Assembly: GCF_014651675.1 (NCBI RefSeq)
Contig: NZ_BMXI01000002.1
Coordinates: 89,695-153,694, forward strand
From: Roseibacillus persicicus
GTDB lineage: Bacteria; Verrucomicrobiota; Verrucomicrobiia; Verrucomicrobiales; Akkermansiaceae
Reading direction: 5' to 3'
Length of the DNA: 64,000 nucleotides
In this document: positions 28,431-36,800 of the stretch, piece by piece
How the letters are laid out: the number at the start of each line of letters is the position of its first letter
How positions within the stretch are numbered: position 1 is the stretch's first letter
Translations under genes and position numbers: made by a program
The notes under the pieces: generated by a model
The model's input: the letters and a program-made list of their open reading frames with translations, nothing else
Databases searched by the model: none
Told to the model about the DNA's origin: nothing

Positions 28431-29162
28431 TTGAACAGTATGTCCGCGCGTCAACTTTTCCTCTTCCTCCTTTTTGCTCTTCCTCTGGCTGGTCAGTCGC
28501 AGGGGCCAACAGTGACCACTCCCTCCCGTCAAGGTCAGGTGACCAATGGAGTTCCCAAGTATCCCTGGCACCTCGGAACCACCGCCACCATCTTCTGGAT
28601 CGGGGAGGCGCCCAGTGGCCGGAACCGCACCCCGAATCACAAATCATCCTGGGATACCAACTGGCAGCGCAACTACGGCGGATATGACAACCCTGACCCC
28701 GCCGCACGCAATGGCTACATTCCCAAGGCCTTCACCCCGCGGCTCAATCCGTTCTATATCGCCCTGCCCTACAACGACGTTATCAATCATCGGCAGCATA
28801 AGCCCGAGGCCTCCAAGGTGATTCCCTGGTTCGCCCGCTACAATCCAGCTCCTGGCCAGACCGTCTGTCGCGGTCGCTGGGTCGAGATTGTGCGGAATGG
28901 CAAAACTTGTTTTGCGCAATGGGAAGACTGCGGACCCTTCAATACCACCGACTGGGAGTTTGTCTTCAAAAACAAAGCCCCCAAGAATACCGAGAACAAA
29001 GGAGCTGGAATCGATATTTCCCCAGCGGTCCGCGACTACTTCGGCCTCAAATCCGGCCAAAAGGTCCACTGGCGCTTCGTGGAGTTCGCCGACGTCAAGC
29101 GCGGCCCCTGGTCGCTCTACGGGACCAACAACCCCTTCGTGAATCCACGGGCGCGCCGTTAG
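28431..29162 (+). CDS. hypothetical secreted protein
   Basis: 243 aa with signal peptide LFLFLLFALPLAGQS. Divergent from the cytochrome gene with almost no spacer. Confidence 0.45.
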   Translation: MNSMSARQLFLFLLFALPLAGQSQGPTVTTPSRQGQVTNGVPKYPWHLGTTATIFWIGEAPSGRNRTPNHKSSWDTNWQRNYGGYDNPDPAARNGYIPKAFTPRLNPFYIALPYNDVINHRQHKPEASKVIPWFARYNPAPGQTVCRGRWVEIVRNGKTCFAQWEDCGPFNTTDWEFVFKNKAPKNTENKGAGIDISPAVRDYFGLKSGQKVHWRFVEFADVKRGPWSLYGTNNPFVNPRARR

Positions 29163-29170
29163 TGCCGAGC

Positions 29171-30175
29171 CTATTCGCCGGCCTCATCGAACCAGGCCAA
29201 GGCCTTGGCGAACTCGTCTTGGTTGATGGTGTGCCCTCCGGTAAACTTTTCATCGCGGATCTGACGATAGCCCGCGCTCTTGATGCCTGAAGTGACGGTA
29301 TCGGTCTGGCTCTGGTTCACCAGATTGTCGGAGTCGCCCCAACTCACCCACGCTTTGACCTTCTTGAAGGCGCTCTTTCTCGCTCCACTTTCCTCCAAGG
29401 CAAGGTCGGCAAAGGGCTGGTTGCATCCCCCGAGAAATACTCCCGAAACCGTGAGGTCATTGGCCAGGAGTTGAGCAGTGCGAAAGAAGCTCCCCTTGGA
29501 ACCACTGGAAAATCCTCCGCAGGCGTGGGTCCAGTTCATGAATTCCGGCCATTCGGCGGCGATTTTCTCAATCACTTCAGCGTGAAAGTCAGCATCGCCT
29601 TCCCAAATCGCGATTGTGGTCTCGCGTGGATTGCCGTGCTCGGTGTCGGCGGCAATCACCACGTAACCTGCCGCGAGGGCTTTCGCTGACATCGCGCTGA
29701 TGCGGGCGATGTTGCCCGAGAGACGCTCTTTCTCATTATTGATTCCGCCTACTGGCCAGAAAACCTTTTGGGGTTTCGACGGGTCGAAGTCAGCGGGGAG
29801 AGAGAGCGCGATCTTTATCTTGGTCGGTTGCAGTTTGTTGTCGGAAAGGCTTCTTTGTGTTTTTTCGGAAAGGTCGGTCTCAATATTGTTCAAGGAGCCA
29901 GCCTTCAACTCCTGTCCAAATAAAGAAAGAGCTCCGACCGAGGCCTCTTCCTCGGCGTTTTCGCTCTCTTCCCGCACATATTCCTGGTCGGCTTCCGAGA
30001 GCCGATCGAGAGGGATCTTGAATTCTTTACCCCGCATTAGAAGAACGACGGTGTCGCCCTCTGTCCGGACCAAATCGGCGGTGATTTTCTTGCCGTCATT
30101 TGAAGTCCACTCGCGAGCATTGGCAAAACTCGTAACCCCTAAAGTGGCACAACAGAGAAAGGAAAGTATCTTCAT
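29171..30175 (-). CDS. secreted serine esterase (alpha/beta hydrolase) with N-terminal SHD1-like beta domain
   Basis: Signal peptide, N-terminal SHD1-like domain (DGKKITADLVRTEGDTVVLLMRGKEFKIPL) and a C-terminal alpha/beta fold with GxSxG nucleophile GFSSG. Confidence 0.6.
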   Translation of the reverse strand: MKILSFLCCATLGVTSFANAREWTSNDGKKITADLVRTEGDTVVLLMRGKEFKIPLDRLSEADQEYVREESENAEEEASVGALSLFGQELKAGSLNNIETDLSEKTQRSLSDNKLQPTKIKIALSLPADFDPSKPQKVFWPVGGINNEKERLSGNIARISAMSAKALAAGYVVIAADTEHGNPRETTIAIWEGDADFHAEVIEKIAAEWPEFMNWTHACGGFSSGSKGSFFRTAQLLANDLTVSGVFLGGCNQPFADLALEESGARKSAFKKVKAWVSWGDSDNLVNQSQTDTVTSGIKSAGYRQIRDEKFTGGHTINQDEFAKALAWFDEAGE

Positions 30176-30302
30176 CTTGGCAAAGTGTTAGAAATTGAAC
30201 TCAAACTGGCAAGAAAATCGATGCCTTTGTAAAGAGAGACTCCAATTCTAGCTCGGAATTATAATCGCCTTGATGTGACTTTTTCGCTCTTATGTCCTCG
30301 CC

Positions 30303-30971
30303 GTGAAAGAACTCTGGGAACAAGCCATCCTCTCCTATAACTTGCCATTGACGATCCTGTTGGGGTTGGTGGCGGTCTTTTGGCTTCTAAGCGTTCTCGG
30401 AACCGTTGATATCGATGGCTTTGACTTCGATGTCGATGCGGATGTTGACGCCGAAGGAGCAGGTGATGGTCTTTCGGGACTCTTTGGTTTCGCGATGCGT
30501 TTTGTGAATGCTCACGACGTGCCGGTGACAATTGTCTTGAGCCTGCTCAGTCTCTTCATGTGGGCCGGCAGTGTCCTGGCGAATTACTATTTCAATCCGG
30601 CTCAGAGCGGCCTGATAGCGGCGGGAATCTTTGTGGGTGTTTTCTTTGCTTCCGCTCTGCTGGTTAAGTTAGTGACCGAACCCCTGCGTCCTTTTCTCCG
30701 CCAGTTGAAAAACGAGGAAGACAATCAGGAGCCCATCGTGGGACTGGTGGGGAAGGTGAAGAGCCGGGTCCTCGACAGCAACTTTGGTCAGATTGAAGTC
30801 CCCCGCACCAATGGCGCCCCCGCTTTGCTCAATGCCATTCTCCCCGATGAGGGGGAAAGCCTCGTCCGTGGTGATGAAGTTCTCATTATCGATTTCGATA
30901 AAGACCGCGACAAATATCTCGTTCAATCCAGTGCCCGCCTGGGCGTGGACTCCCCAACTCCAAAAATCTAA
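30303..30971 (+). CDS. NfeD/YqiJ-family membrane protein (OB-fold partner of SPFH proteins)
   Basis: TM helices followed by a C-terminal beta domain (GLVGKVKSRVL...GDEVLIID). Immediately precedes the flotillin gene. Confidence 0.7.
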   Translation: MKELWEQAILSYNLPLTILLGLVAVFWLLSVLGTVDIDGFDFDVDADVDAEGAGDGLSGLFGFAMRFVNAHDVPVTIVLSLLSLFMWAGSVLANYYFNPAQSGLIAAGIFVGVFFASALLVKLVTEPLRPFLRQLKNEEDNQEPIVGLVGKVKSRVLDSNFGQIEVPRTNGAPALLNAILPDEGESLVRGDEVLIIDFDKDRDKYLVQSSARLGVDSPTPKI

Positions 30972-30989
30972 CAAACAACAACTCCTATA

Positions 30990-33011
30990 ATGAATTCCAC
31001 TTGGTTCACCCTTGCCATATTAGAGCCCGTTCTGATGATCACGTTCGTCGGAGTTGGTCTATTCGTCCTCTTTGGTCTTTACCTCCTTCTGACTTGTTAC
31101 CGCAAGGTCGAGAAGGGAACGGCCCTGATTCGAACCGGTAGTGGCGGCACGAAAGTCTACTTCAATGCCGGCCATGTCTTCCCGATTCTGCACCGCGCCG
31201 ATATGATGGATATCTCCCTCAAGCGCATCGAGATCGACCGCACCGGACGTAATGGTCTCATCTGTAAGGACAACATGCGCGCGGACATCAAGGTCGCCTT
31301 CTTCGTGCGGGTCAACAACGCGGGCGAAGACGTTCTTCGCGTGGCGGAAAGTGTGGGCTGTGTCCGCGCCAGTAGCGAGGACGAGATTCGCACGCTCTTC
31401 GATGCCAAGTTCTCCGAGGCGCTCAAGACAGTCGGTAAACGCTTTGACTTCACTTCTCTTTACGAGGACCGCGACACTTTCCGGGATGAGATTTTGAAAG
31501 TCATCGGCACCGACCTCAACGGCTTCGTCCTCGATGATGCTGCCATTGACTTCCTGGAGCAAACTCCGATCGAGATGCTCGATCCGGATAACATTCTCGA
31601 TGCCGAAGGTATCAAGAAAATCACCCACCTCACCGCCGAGCAGAAGAAGCTTTCCAACCACATCGAGCGCGACAAGGAACGCGTGATCAAGCAACAGGAC
31701 GTGGAAGCGCGCGAGGCCATTCTCGAACTCGAGCGCCAATTGGCGGAGACCGAGTCCAAGCAAATGCGCGAGGTCGAAACGGTCAAGGCCCGCGAAGAAG
31801 CGGAGACCCAGAAGGTGCGCGAAGAGCAGCGCCAGCGCAGCGAGCAAGCACGCATTGCCGCCGAGGAAGAGATTCAGATTTCAGAAGAGAACAAGCAGCG
31901 CCAGGTTCTCGTGGCCCTGCGCAACAAGGAGCGCACCGATGGGGTCGAGCTGGAGCGCGTCGAGCGCGAGCGCATGTTGGAACAAATCGAACGCGAACGC
32001 GTCACCGAGCTGAAGCGCATCGAGGCCGACAAGGCGGTCGAGGTCCAGAAGAAGGAAATCCAGGAAGTGATTCGCGAGCGCGTCGCAGTCGAAAAGACTG
32101 TGGTCGAGGAGCAGCAGCGCATGAAGGATATCGAGGAATTCGCGACCGCCGATCGTCAGAAGCAGGTGACCGTGACCTTGGCCGAGGCCCAGGCGCAGGA
32201 AAAAATGATTGGCCGCATCAAGGAAGCGGAAGCGCAGAAAGAGTCCGCGCAACTGGCTGCCGACGAGCATGCCTACGAGGTCATCAAGGAAGCCGAAGCC
32301 GGCCGCGCTGCTGCCGAGATGAACGCCGAACAGCGCATCATCGCTGCCGAAGCCGAGCAGACTGCATCGGAGAAAGAATCGAACGCCAAGAAGATGATGG
32401 CAGAGGCCATCGCCAAAGAAGCCGCCGCCATCGGATTGGGCGAAGCCGAGGTCCTCAAGGCCATGGGCGTTGCCGATGCCGAGGCCATCGAGCTGAAGGC
32501 TGCCGCGATGAAACTCTTCGAAGAAGCAGGTCAGGAGCACGAGGAATTCAAGCTCGAGCTGGAGAAAGAGAAAGCGGTCGAGTTGGCCGAAATCGACGTC
32601 CAGCGTCTCATTGCGGCCGAGCAGGCCAAGGTGGTGGGCGAGGCCCTCAAGAGCGCCAAGATCGACATCGTGGGTGGCGAGACCGAATTCTTCGACCGCA
32701 TCACCAAGGCCATTACTACTGGAAAGGTAGTAGACCGGGTGGTCGACAACAGCCGCGTCATCGACGACGTCAAGGAGACCTTCTTCAATGGCGATCCGGA
32801 TTACTTCAAGAGCCAGCTCTCGGGTTGGATTCAGGATTTCGGAGTCGAAACCGAAGACCTCAAGAACCTCTCCATTTCGGCTCTGTTAGGGAAGCTGGTC
32901 ACCGATGCCAAAGGCGAACAGCGCACCAAGCTCATCGGCATGATGGGCGCCGCCGAACGCTTCGGCCTCTCCGATGCCAAGGCGGGAGAGTTGTTGAAGA
33001 AGTTGGGGTGA
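30990..33011 (+). CDS. flotillin-like SPFH/band-7 protein (YqiK family) with long Ala/Glu-rich coiled coil
   Basis: N-terminal TM, SPFH domain (GTALIRTGSGGTKVYFNAGHVFPILHRADMMDISLKRIEI) and >300 aa of EA/KE-rich heptads. Confidence 0.85.
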   Translation: MNSTWFTLAILEPVLMITFVGVGLFVLFGLYLLLTCYRKVEKGTALIRTGSGGTKVYFNAGHVFPILHRADMMDISLKRIEIDRTGRNGLICKDNMRADIKVAFFVRVNNAGEDVLRVAESVGCVRASSEDEIRTLFDAKFSEALKTVGKRFDFTSLYEDRDTFRDEILKVIGTDLNGFVLDDAAIDFLEQTPIEMLDPDNILDAEGIKKITHLTAEQKKLSNHIERDKERVIKQQDVEAREAILELERQLAETESKQMREVETVKAREEAETQKVREEQRQRSEQARIAAEEEIQISEENKQRQVLVALRNKERTDGVELERVERERMLEQIERERVTELKRIEADKAVEVQKKEIQEVIRERVAVEKTVVEEQQRMKDIEEFATADRQKQVTVTLAEAQAQEKMIGRIKEAEAQKESAQLAADEHAYEVIKEAEAGRAAAEMNAEQRIIAAEAEQTASEKESNAKKMMAEAIAKEAAAIGLGEAEVLKAMGVADAEAIELKAAAMKLFEEAGQEHEEFKLELEKEKAVELAEIDVQRLIAAEQAKVVGEALKSAKIDIVGGETEFFDRITKAITTGKVVDRVVDNSRVIDDVKETFFNGDPDYFKSQLSGWIQDFGVETEDLKNLSISALLGKLVTDAKGEQRTKLIGMMGAAERFGLSDAKAGELLKKLG

Positions 33012-33093
33012 TATTGCTTCCACGGAAATTCTCTTCAGCCCGTCGTCAAGCCATGTCGTCGCAAGCCCAACCAATACCTTCCAAAGTCTCGTT

Positions 33094-33798
33094 GTCCCAG
33101 CGGGACTTGGAGAAGGTAGCCCGGGGTCAGCGAGGCACGAGCGCAGCCCCTGGGTCTTTGGCAAAAGGTCCAGCGCTCTGGAAGAGCGCTAGAAGTAGGT
33201 TCATGTCGGTTCAACCCCAATCTCGCAGCTATGCCTTCTACTCATTCATCTCTCCACTTCCACTTGGTTTTCTCGACAAAGAATCGCGAAAATTGGTTCG
33301 AAGCAGATTTTCGGCCCAGGCTCTTTGCCTATCTGGGAGGAGTGGTGAAAGGGTTGGAAGGTCATGCTCATGCGAACGGTGGAATTGCCAACCATGTCCA
33401 TCTCCTGGTAGGGCTCAAGCCTACCCATTGTCTCTCCGATTTGATGAGAGAACTGAAGTCGGATTCGACGAAGTGGATCAAGGGGCAATTGAACCGCAGT
33501 TCTTTTGCCTGGCAGACCGGCTATGGAGCATTTTCCGTGAGCGCACCCGACTTGGAGAAAGCGAGAAACTATGTTCTCAATCAGGAAGAACATCATCGAA
33601 AACAGAGTTTCCAAGAAGAGTATCTCATCTTTTTAAAGCGAGGATTGGTCGAATACGACAAGCGTTACCTATGGTGATTCCGGCTTGTTCGAGGACTTCT
33701 CGCACCCCTTCAGGGTGCAGGTCACTCGCTACCGGCTCCAGGGGCTGCGCTCGTGCCTCGCTGACCCTTGGCTACCGTCTTTTTCGTCCCGCTGGGAC
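33094..33798 (+). mobile_element. IS200/RAYT-like unit: Y1-transposase gene bracketed by near-perfect 60-bp inverted repeats
   Basis: Left arm 33094-33153 (gtcccagcgggacttggagaaggtagcccggggtcagcgaggcacgagcgcagcccctgg). Right arm 33738-33798 is its reverse complement with a small internal difference. Each arm begins with the palindrome gtcccagcgggac. Confidence 0.8.
33231..33677 (+). CDS. IS200-like / REP-associated tyrosine transposase (Y1 HUH transposase)
   Basis: 148 aa. HFHLVFSTKNRE, the HUH motif HVHLLV and catalytic-Tyr region YGAFSVS. Confidence 0.8.
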   Translation: MPSTHSSLHFHLVFSTKNRENWFEADFRPRLFAYLGGVVKGLEGHAHANGGIANHVHLLVGLKPTHCLSDLMRELKSDSTKWIKGQLNRSSFAWQTGYGAFSVSAPDLEKARNYVLNQEEHHRKQSFQEEYLIFLKRGLVEYDKRYLW

Positions 33799-33868
33799 GC
33801 TTTTGGAAAGACCGGGGAATGAGTCCAATTTAGAACACTGAACGGATCCTCGCGGTCCAAAAAATTTA

Positions 33869-36800
33869 ATGCCAGATACTGAACAGTTAGAAGGTGGAAG
33901 CTACGAGGTCATTCGGGCCCGGCTGGAGAAACATGGCGAGGACCTTCGTCGTCGCCTGGGAATTCTCAACGAAGCCCGCAAGGAGATCTTCGGCGCGGTC
34001 GAGACTTCTCTCGTCGCCACCGAGCGGGTCACCACCGAGCACAATTGCGTGCCTCGCGATCTCATCGCGGTGGGCGGCAATCGTTTCCTCTTTGGCTACA
34101 ACATCCAGTTCGGTCTCAAGCAGACGACCGAAATCGCGGATGTGTTTGCCGCCTATGAGTACGATCCGGAAAGCCACGTCTTCCACGCCCTGGCGGTGGA
34201 GGAGGTGCTCAGCGACCCCGCTTTTTCGGACGACTTCAAATACCTCTACAAGTATTACAAGGAGACCAACTTCGCGAAGTTCATGGTCATTGGACCGAAT
34301 CTTTACATGAAAATGCGGGTCGGCAAAGGGGTGGATGACTTCAAGACCTTCAAGTGGCTCCGGCCCGGGGATGGTCGCCTCGAATACATCGGCAATCGCT
34401 TCGACCACGAGTTCCAATATCCGCCTCAACAAGAGTTCGAATGGAAGCGGGCGCACCGCGACATGCAGCGCGCGGGGATGCATCCCCACATCTCGATCAA
34501 CGACCGCGTTTTCGTCGAGACCGTGGGTGGGGACCTCACCATCAAGGTCGAGGACAATACCGAATCAGGCGAAGGCATTTATGCCGAGCCCGTCAACGAT
34601 CCGGACCAGTCTCTCGACGATGCCGAGGTGCTCTATGCCGAGGTCGGGCCTCTCGTTCTTCTCAAGATTTTGCCCTATCGCGAGGAGCTTCATCGCTACT
34701 TTGTCTTCAACGAAAAGACCCAGGAGGTCAAACGCATTGATGCCATCGGTCACTCGTGCGTGCTTCTTCCCGACGATCAGGGACTCATTTTTTCGAACGG
34801 CTATCTTCTTCTAACAGGTGAGGTGCGCATCTTCGACACCGCGCTCTCGAACATGATGTTCGAGCGCCGCATTCCTTCCGCCAACGGGGAGGATACTCTC
34901 TACGTGTTCTACAATCGGGTCAGTGGGGACTACATTTTGCTCTCCTACAACTTGATCAGCCAGTCCGTGGAGACCCCGGTGATCTGCAATGGCTACTCGC
35001 TTTTTCCAAATGGGGAACTGGTCTACTTCAAGACCGAAGACGCGGCCCAGAAGCACCATACTTTGCAGGTCTGGACCACTCCTTATCTCAGTGAAGAGGC
35101 GCTTGCGGCCCAGCATCAGGATGAAGGCTCTTATCTCTTCAAGATTGGAAACGCCGACCTGGTTCGTGGAATGTCGGAGTGCCGGGAAGTCCTGACTCTG
35201 TTAGGAAAGGACGATAATTACGGAGGTCTCTATCTCGATCTCGTGAAGCGCACGGGCGACCTCGTGGACTCCTACTTTTGGTTGGGTAAAGAAGAGACTG
35301 CCGAATTGTCGGTGCCGGTGCGGGAGATCAATCGTGCGGCTCAGTCTGCCCTGGAGGAGTTCGACAAAGTGCGCGCCCAGCGTCAGTCGGCGGCCAGTCG
35401 CACCAAGGAGGTGCAAGAGGTGGTCGAGACTTTGTTAGCAAAAGTCCGCCACTCTCCGCCCGATGACATCTTTGGATTCGTGCATCATCTCTCCGAGCTG
35501 CGCACCCGCCGGGGCGAGGTCATCGGCCTGCGGGAAGTGCGCTATGCCAAGACGGAAACCATCGATGAGATGGAGGCCAAGTTGGTGGAGGCCGGGGAAG
35601 CCACTTCGCAAAAGACTGTCGAGTTTTTGCTGAAGGACGAAGCTCTCGTGCCCTATCGCAAGGCGGTTACCGAACAAGGAGACACTATCCCCGAACTTTC
35701 AAAAGTCACCGAAGCCGATGCGGTGGGGGCGGCCTTGGACAAAGCGGGAGACGAGCTGGAAATGCTCATCGACATCGTGGGCAATCTCAAAATTGAGGAT
35801 GCCACCCAGACTACTGCCATCATCGACGGAATCTCGAGCATCTACGCCGAGCTCAATGGAGTGCGCGCGGACCTCAAGAACAAGCGCAACGATCTCGCGA
35901 AGGCCGAGGGGACGGCTCAGTTCGGAGCCCAGATGAAGCTCATCTCGCAAGCGGTGGTCAACTATCTGGAAGTCTGCGATACTCCCGAGAAGTGCGACGA
36001 GTCGCTCACCAAGCTGATGATTCAGTTGGAGGAATTGGAAGGACGCTTCTCCGAATTCGATGACTATGTCGAGGAGCTCGCCGGCAAGCGCGAGGAAGTC
36101 TACGAAGCCTTCGAGGGGCGCAAACAGCAGCTCATCGACAGCCGCAACAAGCGGGCTGGTTCTTTGCTTCGCTCGGCGGAGCGCATCCTGGCGGGTATCG
36201 AGCGGCGCTTGGAAAGTTTTGATTCGCTGGACGAGATCAACGGCTATTTCGCTGGCGATCTGATGGTGGAGAAAGTGCGGGGAGTCGTCGATGACCTCAA
36301 GGCTCTCGGAGACGGGGTCAAGGCCGACGACCTGAGCACGCGGTTGAAGACTTTGCGCGAAGATGGTGCGCGCCAGTTGAAGGATCGCAAGGAACTCTAT
36401 GTCGATGGCAAGAACGTCATCCGTTTCGGCAAGCATGCCTTCTCGGTCAATACCCGCGAGCTGGAATTGTCGGTCGTGGCGCGCGACGAGGAGATGTGGT
36501 TCCACCTCGCAGGCACCGATTATTTTGAGAAGATCGTCGACCAAGAATTCAACGAGACGCGAAAGGTCTGGGACCTTGAAGTTCCCAGCGAGACCGCCGA
36601 TCTCTACCGTGGTGAGTGGCTGGCCAGCCTCTTGTTAGAGGGTGAACTAGTAGGTGAGACTGCGGCTGAATTTTTGCCGCAGGTGCAAAGCTTCATGCAG
36701 GCCCGTTACGCGGAAGGTTACGTTAAAGGCGTGCATGATGAGGATACCGCCAAGATTCTGGAGGCCCTGGTGCCGATTGCCAAGAATGCGGGGCTCTTGC

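Noticed and set aside
31059-32540. Several - strand ORFs (262, 219, 131 aa) inside the flotillin gene
   Set aside because: These are antisense frames of the EA-rich coiled-coil region, which reads as Leu/Ala/Phe-rich repeats. The flotillin frame is conserved.
32825-33841. 338-aa + strand ORF spanning flotillin 3' end, the IS200-like gene and both inverted repeats
   Set aside because: It runs in a different frame through the transposase gene and across both IRs. It is Arg/Ser/Pro-rich, and the IS200-like frame has the HUH/Tyr motifs.
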